From Tubiluchus corallicola (taxonomy: Eukaryota > Animalia > Priapulida), in assembly GCA_030141605.1 (NCBI GenBank), contig JAQGDQ010000286.1:124001-188000 (forward strand): a stretch of 64,000 nt of DNA, written 5' to 3'. The notes beneath the pieces are model-generated. The model saw nothing but the letters and a program-made list of their open reading frames with translations. It had not been told where the DNA came from and did no database searches. This document shows, in pieces, positions 22,860 to 35,700 of this stretch. The number at the start of each line of letters is the position of its first letter. The first letter of the stretch is position 1. The translations under genes and the position numbers were made by a program.

Positions 22860-25800
22860 ATGTCCGAGCCAGAAGGCCCAGGTTGGGAATATTTACCAAG
22901 TGTTCTCTTGGAAAAAATATTTGCTTTGCTTGAAATTCGACACCGGTACTGGGCTTCACAGGCAAGTAGTCTTAGTTTCTTAGTTCACTTTGAAAACTTG
23001 CATTATGATTTTTGATATCAAGCAATTCAAAAGAATCCTACTTGCTAAATATAAAGATTTTTACTGATTGCTACTAGTGACTGAATTTGATGATTACCGA
23101 GTCCCCAAAATTACAAAGATTTGCTAATTTTGCTGCTCTTTTGTTTAAATTTTTATTTCTATATATATATATTATATATATGTATTTAATTTCACATTTG
23201 AATGTGTGAGTGACGACATACATACAGATAATAATAGTTGCATATTTGTAATACTAATTGGTGTAGAACTTTATTTGAAAAATACATTTTAGTTTGTAGG
23301 GAAGATGAAAACTGCTATCTTGAAGTAGTAATTATAGTGATAAGTGTAACTGTCACGGAGACCCTTAATGTAAATGTAATTATATTGGCCCTATTTTACA
23401 TCTATGGCTGAGGTTTCTACACCGTACGTACTCGCTGTCGATGTTCTAATTCACTGCTATCAGCGGTTCACCATTTTTGTTCTGAGAATTCAGATCTTTT
23501 TTAATGCTTTGATGTCCACGGTCTGTCACTCTCTCTGTGGTGGTCGTGTAGCGAGGACACATACGGTGACGATCTTTTCACCGTTCGTCTATAATTCCTG
23601 TAATTATTACCAATTTAGTTCACCAACAGTTTTACATAGCAACAAGAGTTCATGATGATTTTTTTATCTATAACGTTAATAAACAATGTAAGTTTGTCGT
23701 TTACGTTGGACTTGTTGTCTTTGACAAATGCATTTATCTTCATTTTACCCTCACAAGAAGAAGACCACAGCATTATAATAAGTTATGATGTAGACTGGTA
23801 TTACTGTATTATTCTTATTCTCACTGGGTTAGCATAAATTATGAATTTAATACTCTCCTTTAAAAATATTTTAGGTATGCAGACAATGGTACTGGGCATT
23901 CTATGCACCTCAAGTTTGGGCAAATTTTGTTTTTGAGGATGGAATGCTTTGCAGGCGTAAATTTATGTTGTACAGTGGGTGGCAAAAGCATTTGAATCCG
24001 TATCGAGTGCAGGTAAATTTTTTACTAATCTGTTCTATTTTTGAAATTTTAAATTTAGTTTGCAAAACATTTGTTCACAATATGTGTATTGGCATATGTA
24101 GTGATTTCGTGCATTAGTTTGTGCATCTTGATAGGTCTATTTGGAAACTTTGTTGGTAGAAGCTTACCTATATTGTTTAGTTTTACTTTTGAAATGCTCC
24201 CAAAGTTATGTACAGTGTAATCATTCTCACTGTATGCAAGAAGTCAAGAAGTATATATGAATCAGCAAAACAATGAGAAAGAGCATTTACTTTCGAGTGA
24301 AGAACAGTTATCTTAACAACTACTTCTGATGCTATTCGTGGCCATAAATAGACAAGAGGCATGATTCGTGTTTGTTGCTCATTGGGCATCGTATCACGAC
24401 TCATTTTTGATAATTGATTTATGACAATGAGTTGGAAGAATTTTAACTAACACATTAAATAACAAATATTGTAATGATAAAAATAATTAAAAAAGTACAT
24501 TTATATCTACTTTTGAGAACTTTTATATACAGCAGGACTGTATTTTCCTGGTACCCTATGACGAAAAAGAAATTCATATTTACAAGTAAAGGAAATTTCT
24601 CAGGTTGAAAGTGTTGTTAATGGTACTTGGGTGTGGTACTTTGTGGATACTGGTTACATAGTTCTTCTGAAAAAGACCATTATTAAATGTGCTAATTTTT
24701 ACATCTTTTTATTTAATAAAATTTGTTGTTTTCCTTACAAATAGCTGATGCTGCAAAGAGTTGGACATTTGTTTCGGGCAATTACCATCAAGCCAATGTT
24801 TAGTTTCTATAATCTCCACGAATTTGTTGGTGTGCTTACAGCATTTATTGATTTGCATAAGCCATATTATCATCCTCTTCAGTTGCTGAGGTAATTTGAT
24901 TAATATAAGGTGTTTTAACAATTTTACTTTTTTGTAATATGGGTAATGTCGTACAACAAATATTAGGTACCTGTAATTTGATATCCAAAAGAACTTCATC
25001 GTGGTGGCTAAATTCAGATACAGGGTGCTCTTTGGCAAGCTTATCAAGTGGCATTTACCTGGCAACCGGAATGTTTTATACACCTGTGGAATAGCAGAAA
25101 AAATAATGTATTGAAAACATTATAAACCAATTTTATGCATTCAGGATCCTCATAACGTGTATGCATTAAGGATGCTAGGTAATTACCACTTTAGAGCTTA
25201 ATATATGTTACAAAGTACAATTGTCGGTTACTATCGTCTATTTTTTGCAAAGTTCTCAAATCCAGTGTATTAAAAATCAGTACCCTAATTAAGCTAAGTG
25301 TTTTCCACAGATTTGACATTTTAAAACTTGCCTGATTTATTTTCGGTAATCCATTTTTTGACGTTGTAAACTTGTTTGTCACTTTTATTTGTTTGTTTTT
25401 CTATAGATGTTTCCGATTCAATTTTGCCTGTCAGCATGACCTTGGTTACAATCGAGCATCCATTATTGGAACAGGAGGCCAGATTTACAGGGGGCTACTT
25501 GATTTGCTTGAGCGATTGCGAAACTTGGAAGAATTGCAGCTAACACATCTGTTACTGGACAGCCACGAAGCAGTGTTTCTGCTCGATAATACGCTGCAGA
25601 ATTGTGCCGACTCACTGCGGATTCTAACAGTAGTAGATTGTTCAAAATTGCCAATGTCATTCTTACATGTGGGACTGTTCTTCAAACTAGAAAAGTTGGT
25701 GCTCTCACCTCAACATCTTGATAGTGATGTTGTAGAACTGCTTAGTTTCACTCATGTAAAAACTATAATACTGTTCCAGGATGAATTTACGTGTCATTGC

Positions 25801-26394
25801 AGTCCCGTTCCTTGGAACGCCTGGAAAGAGTTAAAGAAAAATGCCCCGCACATTCGCGTTGAACTTTATCTGAAGGGACAAACAAAAATTGATATATTGC
25901 TGCAAGAAAAAGCGCCAGTCAGGAGCATATTGTATCATACAAAATACTCGTACATACGTGCAGAAGTACTTATGGATATCGTGGAAAACTACTCACAGAC
26001 ATTAGAAATATATGGACATCACCTGCTTCCACGCATTCATCGTCCAAAGGCATTTCACGATCGTGCTGACACTGTGCTTGTGCTGATGGCACAGAAGTGC
26101 CACTTATTGCACACTCTCATAATCAGAGAAAGAATTTCCACTTCGACATTGCTTCTTATTGTCAGTACAGCTAAAAATCTCTCGCGTCTTTGTGTGAGAA
26201 AGAATGCGGTTGTGCTAAAATGTGAGTGGCCACACAGTCCGTATTGGTCGGCCGATTATTACGAGTGGTTGCGAACAGTTTCGCATTCATATTCCTTAGT
26301 GGAAAATGAAATTTCAAAAATTCTTCGAAAGAAATGGCAGTTCTTGTCTGATAAAGAATTTAAAACTTTAAATTTCATGAGCATTAATCTGTAA
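22860..26394 (+). CDS. F-box protein with C-terminal LRR/RNI-like region (FBXO39/FBXO33/FBXL3-like), about 457 aa; exons 22860-22961, 23875-24012, 24745-24890, 25407-26394
   Basis: F-box WEYLPSVLLEKIFALLEIRHRYWASQ|VCRQWYWAFYAPQVW, then LRR-like segments and LIIRERISTSTLLLI...LCVRKNAVVLKCEWP. Intron 1 needs a GC donor (CAG|GCAAGT); the others are GT-AG and phases are consistent. Confidence 0.85.
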
Positions 26395-28231
26395 TTTGAA
26401 ACCGATTCTTGTGGAGTCTAACCTACTGATAATATCCAACAGTCAACAGCAAGGCTTAATTATTACGTTAGTGGTTGTGGCAGGACTGGACCCTAACTGT
26501 TTCTCTAGAATAAGTCTCTAATGTGAGATAACAAACTGGCAGGTGTCAGCTGCATTTGGGAAATAGAACTGTTAAATAGCTGGAAGCAGTGCAGAAGTTA
26601 AAGCCAGGCAGAAAGACAGTTTCTCGTGGTTACCTCTTTGTGTATCAACCCGGCCTATGAAAGCTTAACTTTGGTTAAGCGTACACTTTGTTCTAGGAAT
26701 GTTAGTTTATTTAGATGATGTATTTTTGTATCGTAAGTTGTCTTTTGACTTTGTGTCACTCAAATACGACAAACGTGATATTATTGGTGCTAATACGTTC
26801 AACAAGAAGTTACTGACTGAAACTTTGTCACACCGAGTGTTTTTTTACAATAGTAACTTTTTATTGATCTGTCAAGTTTTTTCTTTATAGCTAAACTATA
26901 CAAATTATTTATTTATTTATAGCTAACCGTGCAGTTAATTCTTAATGCATACTTTGCAGTATAACTGTGCCAAGAATACAATGATTTGTTCAGTACATTA
27001 TTTGGGCAACTGTTCAGATTTGTTAGATTTCAGGTTCCACATTTTTAGCAAATTAGAAGGTAGAAAATACATTTGAAGTTTTAAAAATTTATGCTGGTTG
27101 TTCAATTAGAATTATATTTTTTAAACAGTATGTTGCTATAAAAGGCTATACTGAAAAAGCAGCTTGTTAAATTGTCGTTGTTTGTCGCAACTAGTCAGGT
27201 GTTAATAAGTTGGATTTACCAGTCCGAGTTAAATTAAGAAAAATAAATTCAATGTAATTTAAGCTAGTCAAAGTAAACGTTAGTGTTTCTTTTAAAATTT
27301 TTACTCAGGTTCATCAAAGCTAGTCATAATAGTATTTAAAATCAGATTTATCAATCAAAAATTGGTTACAGAGCTGGCCCAAGGTCTGGCCAAGTGTTTT
27401 TTGTAGCACTGTTTGGCTGTTTTATAATTTTATTACAAAATGATGTTTTATGATTTGTTAACAAAATATGTGTAAGTGTTTGTATTTCAGTATTATGTTT
27501 CTTGGGCGAACATTTATTGATTACTTTACTACCTAACATGAAAGAACCATAGGTGCAGAATTAGCTATTTCACAAATTTATAAATGAAATTTTTAATATA
27601 CTAAAACTTAACGTACAGTAAACTTACTGTTGTCTAATTTTATGGTACTATGTTATTACTTTTTATATACATCATTTATATAACTGTTGGACCTACAATA
27701 AAGCGTTAAAGAGTACCAGCTTGTCTATTAGACCTTTTTATTGCTTTCATGGAAAGACTGATATCTACATGGCAAATGTAAAAAATGTAATTTTATATAA
27801 CGTTATGCATTAAAAAGATACCAAAATGTTTATGAAATTAACTGGCTTATTTCAATAATTTGCAACATTTACTCTTTACAAATTACATGCATTATCTGAA
27901 GTAGAGATTTGACCGTAAAACGAGTTCTGGATGGATTGTTAACTTTCGATAAAAAACAAGTTCCAGAATATAAAGTAAGATGTTTATGAATGATAGCACA
28001 TGAATGAAATGTGCGACATTCATATGGTACTTGTTTTTAATGAACTTTAATTAAGTTCAAGAATAAAACTTTCAGAGAATCATCCACATGTTATTACCCA
28101 TCATCGTAATGGTACTGAAGTTATAACATATAATGTAATTATGTGCTTAATATGTCTGTAATATTTAATAACAAAAACTTTGATAATTTAAAAAAACACT
28201 CATATATTATTGATCATTCTTATCACAGATT

Positions 28232-28492
28232 AAGAAATTGCTTAAGTGAGATTAATACTGTATTAATTATAAAAATACAAACCAATTTCTGACTCAATTT
28301 TTCATAACAGAAGGAAGAACCTTGGACAAATGATTGCCTTCTCACTCAGATACTCTTTGGCGAGAATGCAAGAAATTGCTTTGGTGAGATTAATACTATA
28401 TTAATTATAAAAATACAAACAATTTCTGAGTCAATTTTTCGTAACAGATGGAAGAACTGTGGATAAATGATTGCCTTCTCACTCAGATACTC
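28232..28492. repeat. Tandem duplication, period about 138 bp
   Basis: AAGAAATTGCTT..GTGAGATTAATACT...TTGCCTTCTCACTCAGATACTC repeated from 28232 and from 28370, with several substitutions. Confidence 0.85.
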
Positions 28493-31400
28493 ACTAAAAG
28501 AAATAAATTCTAATAACAAAGTACGTTTAACAAGATTCTACAGCAGAATTCCTACAACACTGAAATACTCGATCTTCTTACTGGTAATTAAAAGAGCTGG
28601 AAGTTGAATAATCAGCCACGTATAAAAGCATTTTGCATGAAATGAAGTACAGATTAACGAACTGGATGCATGACTTAACAACTTAATTTAATATTGATTG
28701 CCTAGATACACTAGCCACTGTGCACAACAAATTCCAACTGTAAAGTCAACATTCAACCAGTACAGGAAATGGAGTTGACAAATCTTCTACTGCGCAGAGG
28801 CTTTTGCAGTCAATGCAGCACAACATTAAAGAAACAAGAAAAACTGCAACAAGCTGTCTCTATTGAATTATTGTGAACCTAAATTATAGACAGTTCTACG
28901 TATACTTGTGAGTTTTTGTATACTTTCATTCAAGTTGAATCAGAAAGTTAATGTTCTATGCAGCATCTAATGGTAAAATTTCTTTACCACCCTGTGGACA
29001 AAGCAGAACAGGTAATATTTACAAGATCTGTTATTTCCTTCCCTACAGTCTGACTGTACCAAGAAACAAAGAGCAGTTAATAAAAACTAGTATTCTACTA
29101 TTAAAGGAAAAGCCAAGCCTTCTGAGAAGTTAAATTAAAATGATTAAGTAATAAAACTTTGGTGCCTTGGGTAATTAGTAAAATCAATTTAAAGCCGTAA
29201 AATCACAATCATTTCATGTTGAGCACTCCTATTTTGAATGCCCATTTTTCCACCAATTACGTTGTTCACTGATTGAAGAAAAGCGGCACACTGTTAATTT
29301 GAATCAAAGGTGTAACAAGTTTTGATAAAAAATTCGGTAACTAATTTGTGTCATAACTTTCAAATGAATGCTGGCTATCACTGCACCTGAAAATTTCTAT
29401 GCAGCAGTAGTATAAACTAACTTTATGCTTTATAGGCAGTTTTTTGCAAATTGCTTTGTTAGAATTTTCAAAGTTTAAGTGATAACAGTAAAATAGACCA
29501 ATGTGCTAAGTAAGGTGTCCTTTCCAACCCACGAACATTTGTTGCATTTTAATATATGATTAAAAATATTGAAATCCCCATACAATATATGCACATAGAA
29601 TGCTTTGCTTAAAAATGTAAAAGAAATTTAAATATTTTTATCTCCCGCCAAACGAACGTTGCTGCCGGCATATTTGAAAAAAATGACATAAGCTGGTGTC
29701 GGCTGGGTTGCATGAATGCTGTGATGGCAGCTGTGAGGAAGGTACGCGTTGAGAAATTTCTACAGTTCACTCAGAAATTCAGTTATTCTAGCTTTGTGTT
29801 TAACTGTGTTTATGTAAAAATTTGTCATTTGGTCAATTACGACCAAGATTAAAGTGGTTAAATAGCTTTAACCCACAGGATTATATAGTAAAATGTGTAA
29901 GTAGTAGACATTAATTGCGTAAATGTAATTAATTTACAGACTTTTGTGGACTTTCAGATACACATATAAACTTGTGAGCACACAGTAGGTACCAGGTGGG
30001 TTACTTAGTTTATAGAGTTTGCTTTATAAGCCAAAAAAAGATTGCTGAAGCACGTGGCAGAATAACTGTTTATATTGCATAGTAACCAGATGATGCCATT
30101 TTTCACCAAAATAAGCGTGCCCAAGAGTGAAGTGATCGCAATTTTAAATTGAAATTATTAATTACACGAGGCCATTGCTGAAACTTTCTAACATTTTTCT
30201 CAAATATTAGAATAAGCTCAACTTCCCGAGAGACTTGGCTTTTGCTTTAAAGCACCAGCATACAGTGCAGTTAGAGTAAATTACAGCATCAGTTCTCATT
30301 TGCCTAAAACTGATTTACAAAACAAGAAAAATTTGACAGGTTACAAATACATATAAATATAATTATATAAATAAAGCTAATTTAAGGAAGCAATTATGAA
30401 GCAATAACAATAGTATAATACAAACAGAGACTAGATATATTACTGTTTGTTTATAAACAGGAAATTAAATTTAATATCACATCATTCTTATGAACTTTAC
30501 ACAATTTGGTCATATATAAAATTCTTATTTACAAACCATAAACTCTAGCAGTACATTATTTGCAAGTCAGTATTTTTGCATATTCCATAATTATATCGAA
30601 TTACTTTTTACACATTTTGGCACACTGCCAAAATCCAACATTTAATGGCAGGGCTACTACTAATAGTAAATGGTAGTGGTGGCATTGTGGTAGTGGTGTA
30701 AAACATTGCAGGTAATCTACTGGACAAAATACTGAACTGGAGCAGCTTGTCAACCACTTTTGGACATAGCAGCCAAAAACAATGTGACAGAAAAAAGCAT
30801 TTAAAAATTTTCCACTATCCACTTACTATCAAGACTTAGCACTACTAAATCCACAGCAAATCAACATCGTAAACACATAGTGGACACTCAGCTATGCTAA
30901 CATGTTTCTGGATTATTATTAACGTTTAAAAGTTTGCTAGTTTAGGGATATTTTTAACTGTATGTTTTGATCACTTTTATTTTGATGAAAGAGGCTCCAC
31001 CAACATGATGGTGAACTCCCAGGTACAATCAGGTGCTATACATCCTCCACCAATGAGGCAAACAGCCAGAATCAGTATGACAGATGAATGAGTATTGAAC
31101 CCAGTCTCACGTTACTTATGTTTGGTTGCATTGTGTACTATATATAGATTTATATGGGGTACATAGTCACTTTCAGTGGGGTCAACCTTTGAGGGTCAAA
31201 GTAAGTCACCAAACAATGGTTTAGAAAGCTGTTAGTAATGACATTGGAACAGAAATTAGGGAGGTAGCACAATGCTTTAAGCAGGTGCATGATACTTTAC
31301 GTTAGCAGAACCTATTTAGTATTTTTTTAATTTTACATTATTTTTTCCTAATAAAAACCATAAGACATCATGTTTTCAGTAATACCAATGAAAAGATATC

Positions 31401-32739
31401 CTATACTCAACAATTTTTTTGATATGTTTTCTGTTATCAAGTATAAGTATGTTCTGAAGGAAGTAGAAACTGATGAGCACAACAATTACAAACAAAAAGA
31501 TGTGAAACAAGCTACAAAGAAAAATTGTAGACGTCAGGTAAACTAAAGACTGATAGACCGACTGTAAACTGACATATCATGCAAATGTGACAAGCCAAGG
31601 GCAAGAAAAACACAGGTTGGATGTTCATCATATATAATTTATATAACACAAAACTCAATATACATGTATATATAGTGAGTAGGAAAAAAGACGTGCTACA
31701 TAACCTTAAAAACACCTGATGAACAAAGAAATGGAAGAATAAAAACAGCTGCAATGTGCTGCTCCAATTAAAAGATTAATCTACAAGGCCTTGATGATCC
31801 AACAAAGACAATAAAAGAATTTCTTACTGCCACATTCAATGCATTAGACAAAAGTTAAAGCTGTAAAGGCCAATTCGTTTCTGGCAGGAAAAGTAGCTTT
31901 TCTCGAGTAAGCCAATAGAATTTTCTTAAGAATATGGTCAATGATTGGCATACCTTCATTAAGAACAACTAAAGAACAACTTTTTAGGTTAGGCAACGCC
32001 AAGCATTTTAACGACAAACAGACGTGATGAATATTCATTGGGTATCAATTATATCTTAATATGTAATTGTAATGGTGCTTTTGTCTAATAAATAAAATAA
32101 AAAAAATATGAATGTGTAAGAACTGGCAACCTACAGTATTTGCATAACCTATCAAACAGTAGCGCAGGCTTGGGGTTAACACTCGGGCATTAGTTGTACG
32201 TAAATATTATTATCAACACATATTGGCATGCTAAATAAAGTCTGAGAGAGCAAGCATACTGCGTAGTATAAAAGCAGATAATGCAAACTACATTCTAAAG
32301 AACCAGCTGTCAAAGTACCATATATGAACAGTCAGGGCAAGGTATGCACATAGCAAATCAGAATACAATAATTAAAAATTAAAAAACTAAACATTTGAAA
32401 GGTTTGAAAATGGTAGGAGAAGGTTTTGTAATCGCCAGAATGGTGAGCATTATAATCGTGAAGACCAAGACTAACAAATTTGTGAATGTGCGTTTACAAC
32501 TGTTTGTCGCAAGTGACTTTATCATTGGGCATGTCTGGCATACTACAGACACACTGTTGTCTAAAATTGTAAGAAATTTTCTCCTGTGTGACTTTTGGCA
32601 AACAAAAGTGCACGATTTGGAGAACACACTTCAGTAATGTACGTCAATACTCAAAATTTAAGATCAGCAAAACTAATTCACCCCACACTGACGCTGCACA
32701 AATAACCAATATTTTCTCTCATGAAACCATTTTCTCACA

Positions 32740-35700
32740 TTACCAGCAACAGGTTTTCTTCTCCTCAAGACCTCGTATAACTGGTGGATCAGCCAATATG
32801 AAACCTCGATGAGCAGAAAGCTCATGGCCACTCGTTTTCAAAATGTATTGCAGCAAAAATGTTATGCCTTTCTCTACAAAAATTAAGAACATTGAATCAA
32901 ACTTAGCTCTTAAAGCAAATTTTGTTTACTCCATACAAAATAGTTTCTTTAATTTGATTATATAAACTTTACCTTTCATATTAAAATCATTAACACATTA
33001 GCTACCTAATTATCACCTACACAGTGAAACAAAAACCCTAAGATATGAAGTTTAGTTGGAACTAATTGTAGTGTTTCAAGATACATACAAGTGAATAAAT
33101 AGATAAATCGCCAAAAACCGTAACAAACTTTTACTCTACAACAGATTTTGCTAAAGTAAGCAAACTACCACAGCAAATGCACACAGGATTTTTTTGCCTA
33201 AGTCCATTTCACATAAGTAGTCTTGGCTTTAATGACTCCGAGGAGTTCATCAATAATGTAAGTTTATAAATCTTGGTATCTATGCCAAAGTGAACTTAAA
33301 ATTGGATGGCATGGGCTTTTGTGAGCCGTTAACGTGAAACGTGACCCACTGATTAGTAGCAAAAAACCAGTTGAGGAACAATGATATATTGAAATAAACG
33401 CTAATACTACACAATAAGTAATTACAATTCAAACTAATCTTTTACAGTAATATACAAATTCTGATACAGGTTTTACACCTATATTAAAATGCTACAAACC
33501 AATGTTTATATCTTCCTTAGCTGATGTACGAAACCAACCAATCATACTTTGAGTTTTGCAGAATTTGTCCATTTTTTCCGTGTCTAAATCATTCATTTCT
33601 AAATCACACTGTAAATATTACAAAACACTAAACATTCTTAAAGGTCAAATTCATCATAAAAACAAGTTTTCTTTAGTAAAAGGAGCTTACCTTAATTTAA
33701 AATCTGACGCTAATTTTATTAAATTTCATGACTTCCTTTCTAATGAAATCGGGCCTTGAAAATGCATTTCCCCCCAAAAAGCATTTGTTCAGTTTTCTCA
33801 TGAAACTTAGGAAAATCTCAGGCTAAACAACTGTGCTAGCAACTGCTTCCTTGGATACTGCGTTGTTCCTGTGACGCTGAATTTGTAAACAATCTACACA
33901 GCGAAATGTGTTAACCAAATGCCAACACTGCCGTAACTACCCGTATTTTACTGATGTCATCTAAAAAAACCGAGAAATGGAGTTCCAGACTTTCTTCGGA
34001 AATGACACTTTCACACCCGACTTCCTCTTATATAAACCACCAAAATACAGGGTATATTTAAAATTGCTAGTTTATAGAATATTTATTTATCAGTTCATTC
34101 AGGTGACCCAAAAAAAACTTCACTTACAAGTCCAATAACTTCAAAAATTTGAAAGGAGCAAGAAAGATGTTTTTGGCACATTAACTCAAAAACCTAAACA
34201 TTGAAAAAAGTGAATATAATTGGTCATTCAGAGTGATAAACTTTTAGTGAAACTTTATTGGTAAGTTGCTTCAGCAGTTTCATACAGTCAAACTCTGTTA
34301 TACTACCCCCCACCCAAAAATGCAAAGCTGACTTTACGGCCAAATTTTTCATTAAAACAAAATGTCTATATTCGCACAGATATGTATTACCGCACCTCAT
34401 TACAATGTCAAACTCCCTATGACCCATAACACCAACTTTTTTGTGGTGTCACAGTAGGTATAAAGAGGTTTGACTGCATATAAACACAAATTCATGTACA
34501 TCCAGCATAAAAAATTAAAAATCTAACAGTTCTTTTCTTAACTTACCTTATTAGCAAAGAGTAATATTGGCACATGACTCCCATTAGGCAAAAATACTTT
34601 ATTCCTCACATCACTGCACCACTAAAGTTCATGAAGTAGACGATAAGACAAATAAATTAATAAGAGCAACATTAACTTAGTTAGAATGTATGTACAGAAG
34701 TTGATTTTGAAGAATTACAGATAGTCGTCTATTTACTACCACAATATGTTCAGGCAGATTGGTGAAATATACGCAAGTCGGACCGGTATATTCTAGCGGT
34801 ATTCGAAGCAAAATCAAAAATTGAGAAATGTGTGGCAGAAATTAAATTTTGAATGACTACTTGCAACTACCTAGCTTTAAATGCAAATAAAACTGAGTTA
34901 CTATTAATTGGCACCTGGGCAACTAAAAAAAATGACTAATTTCAGTATTGCAGTTCAAGGCACTACTACTTCACCCTCACGCTCAGCAGCAACAAGAAAC
35001 TTGGGCTGTCGTTTTGATACTAATTTATTATTTGACAAACATGTGACAAAGTTGCCTTTTTCCATCTCAAAAACATCAGTAAAGCAAAATATTTTTTAGA
35101 CTGAGGTACCACCAAGTAGTTGGTGCACACATTTGTTACAACCCGCCTAGATTATTGCAATTCTCTTCTCTTTGGTATGCAGGCTTGCTACCTTGATAAG
35201 ATGCTACAAAATACTGCAGCTCGCGCTGTAACCAAAACAAACAAATTTGATCATATAACACCAACTTTGTTTGATCTTCACTGGCTTCCAATTAAAAACA
35301 GGATAGATTTTAAAATATTACTGCCGCTTATAAATGTGTGCATCAGGTGGCTCCCTGTTATATTCATGAGTTAATTTCATTGTATATTCCACAATGTAGT
35401 TTGCACTTAACAAATTCAATTAACTTGGTCCAACCTAGAATAAAGCTAGTCACCTGTGGAGGACGGTCATTCGCATCTCCTCAATTGTGGAATCAAACAC
35501 CTATTCACATAATGCAGTCAGAGTACCTATCTATTTTTAAAACATGCCTCAAAACCTTTCAAAAATTCTTTTAACGTGTAATTACATAATCAAATTAATT
35601 TAAATTGGATTTCCATTATGTCTTGCATTTTACCTGGAGAATCATATTGTATGTATTACTGAACTATGCTTTTTCATCTTTATTGTACTGTATTACTTTT

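Noticed and set aside
23351-23570. Possible solo LTR (TGTCACGG...CGGTGACG)
   Set aside because: The end is not CA and no matching TSD is visible.
24709-25083. Minus-strand 124-aa and 69-aa ORFs with plausible splice signals inside the F-box gene
   Set aside because: No recognisable motif, partly antisense to F-box exon 3, and the Rab gene already terminates at 32740, so they are not needed as exons.
22169-28492. CRISPR-like arrays
   Set aside because: The repeats are two-copy tandem duplications without spacers, in eukaryotic DNA with no cas genes.
26400-32700. Additional coding gene between the F-box and Rab 3' ends
   Set aside because: Only short low-complexity ORFs; consistent with 3'UTRs and decayed repeats.
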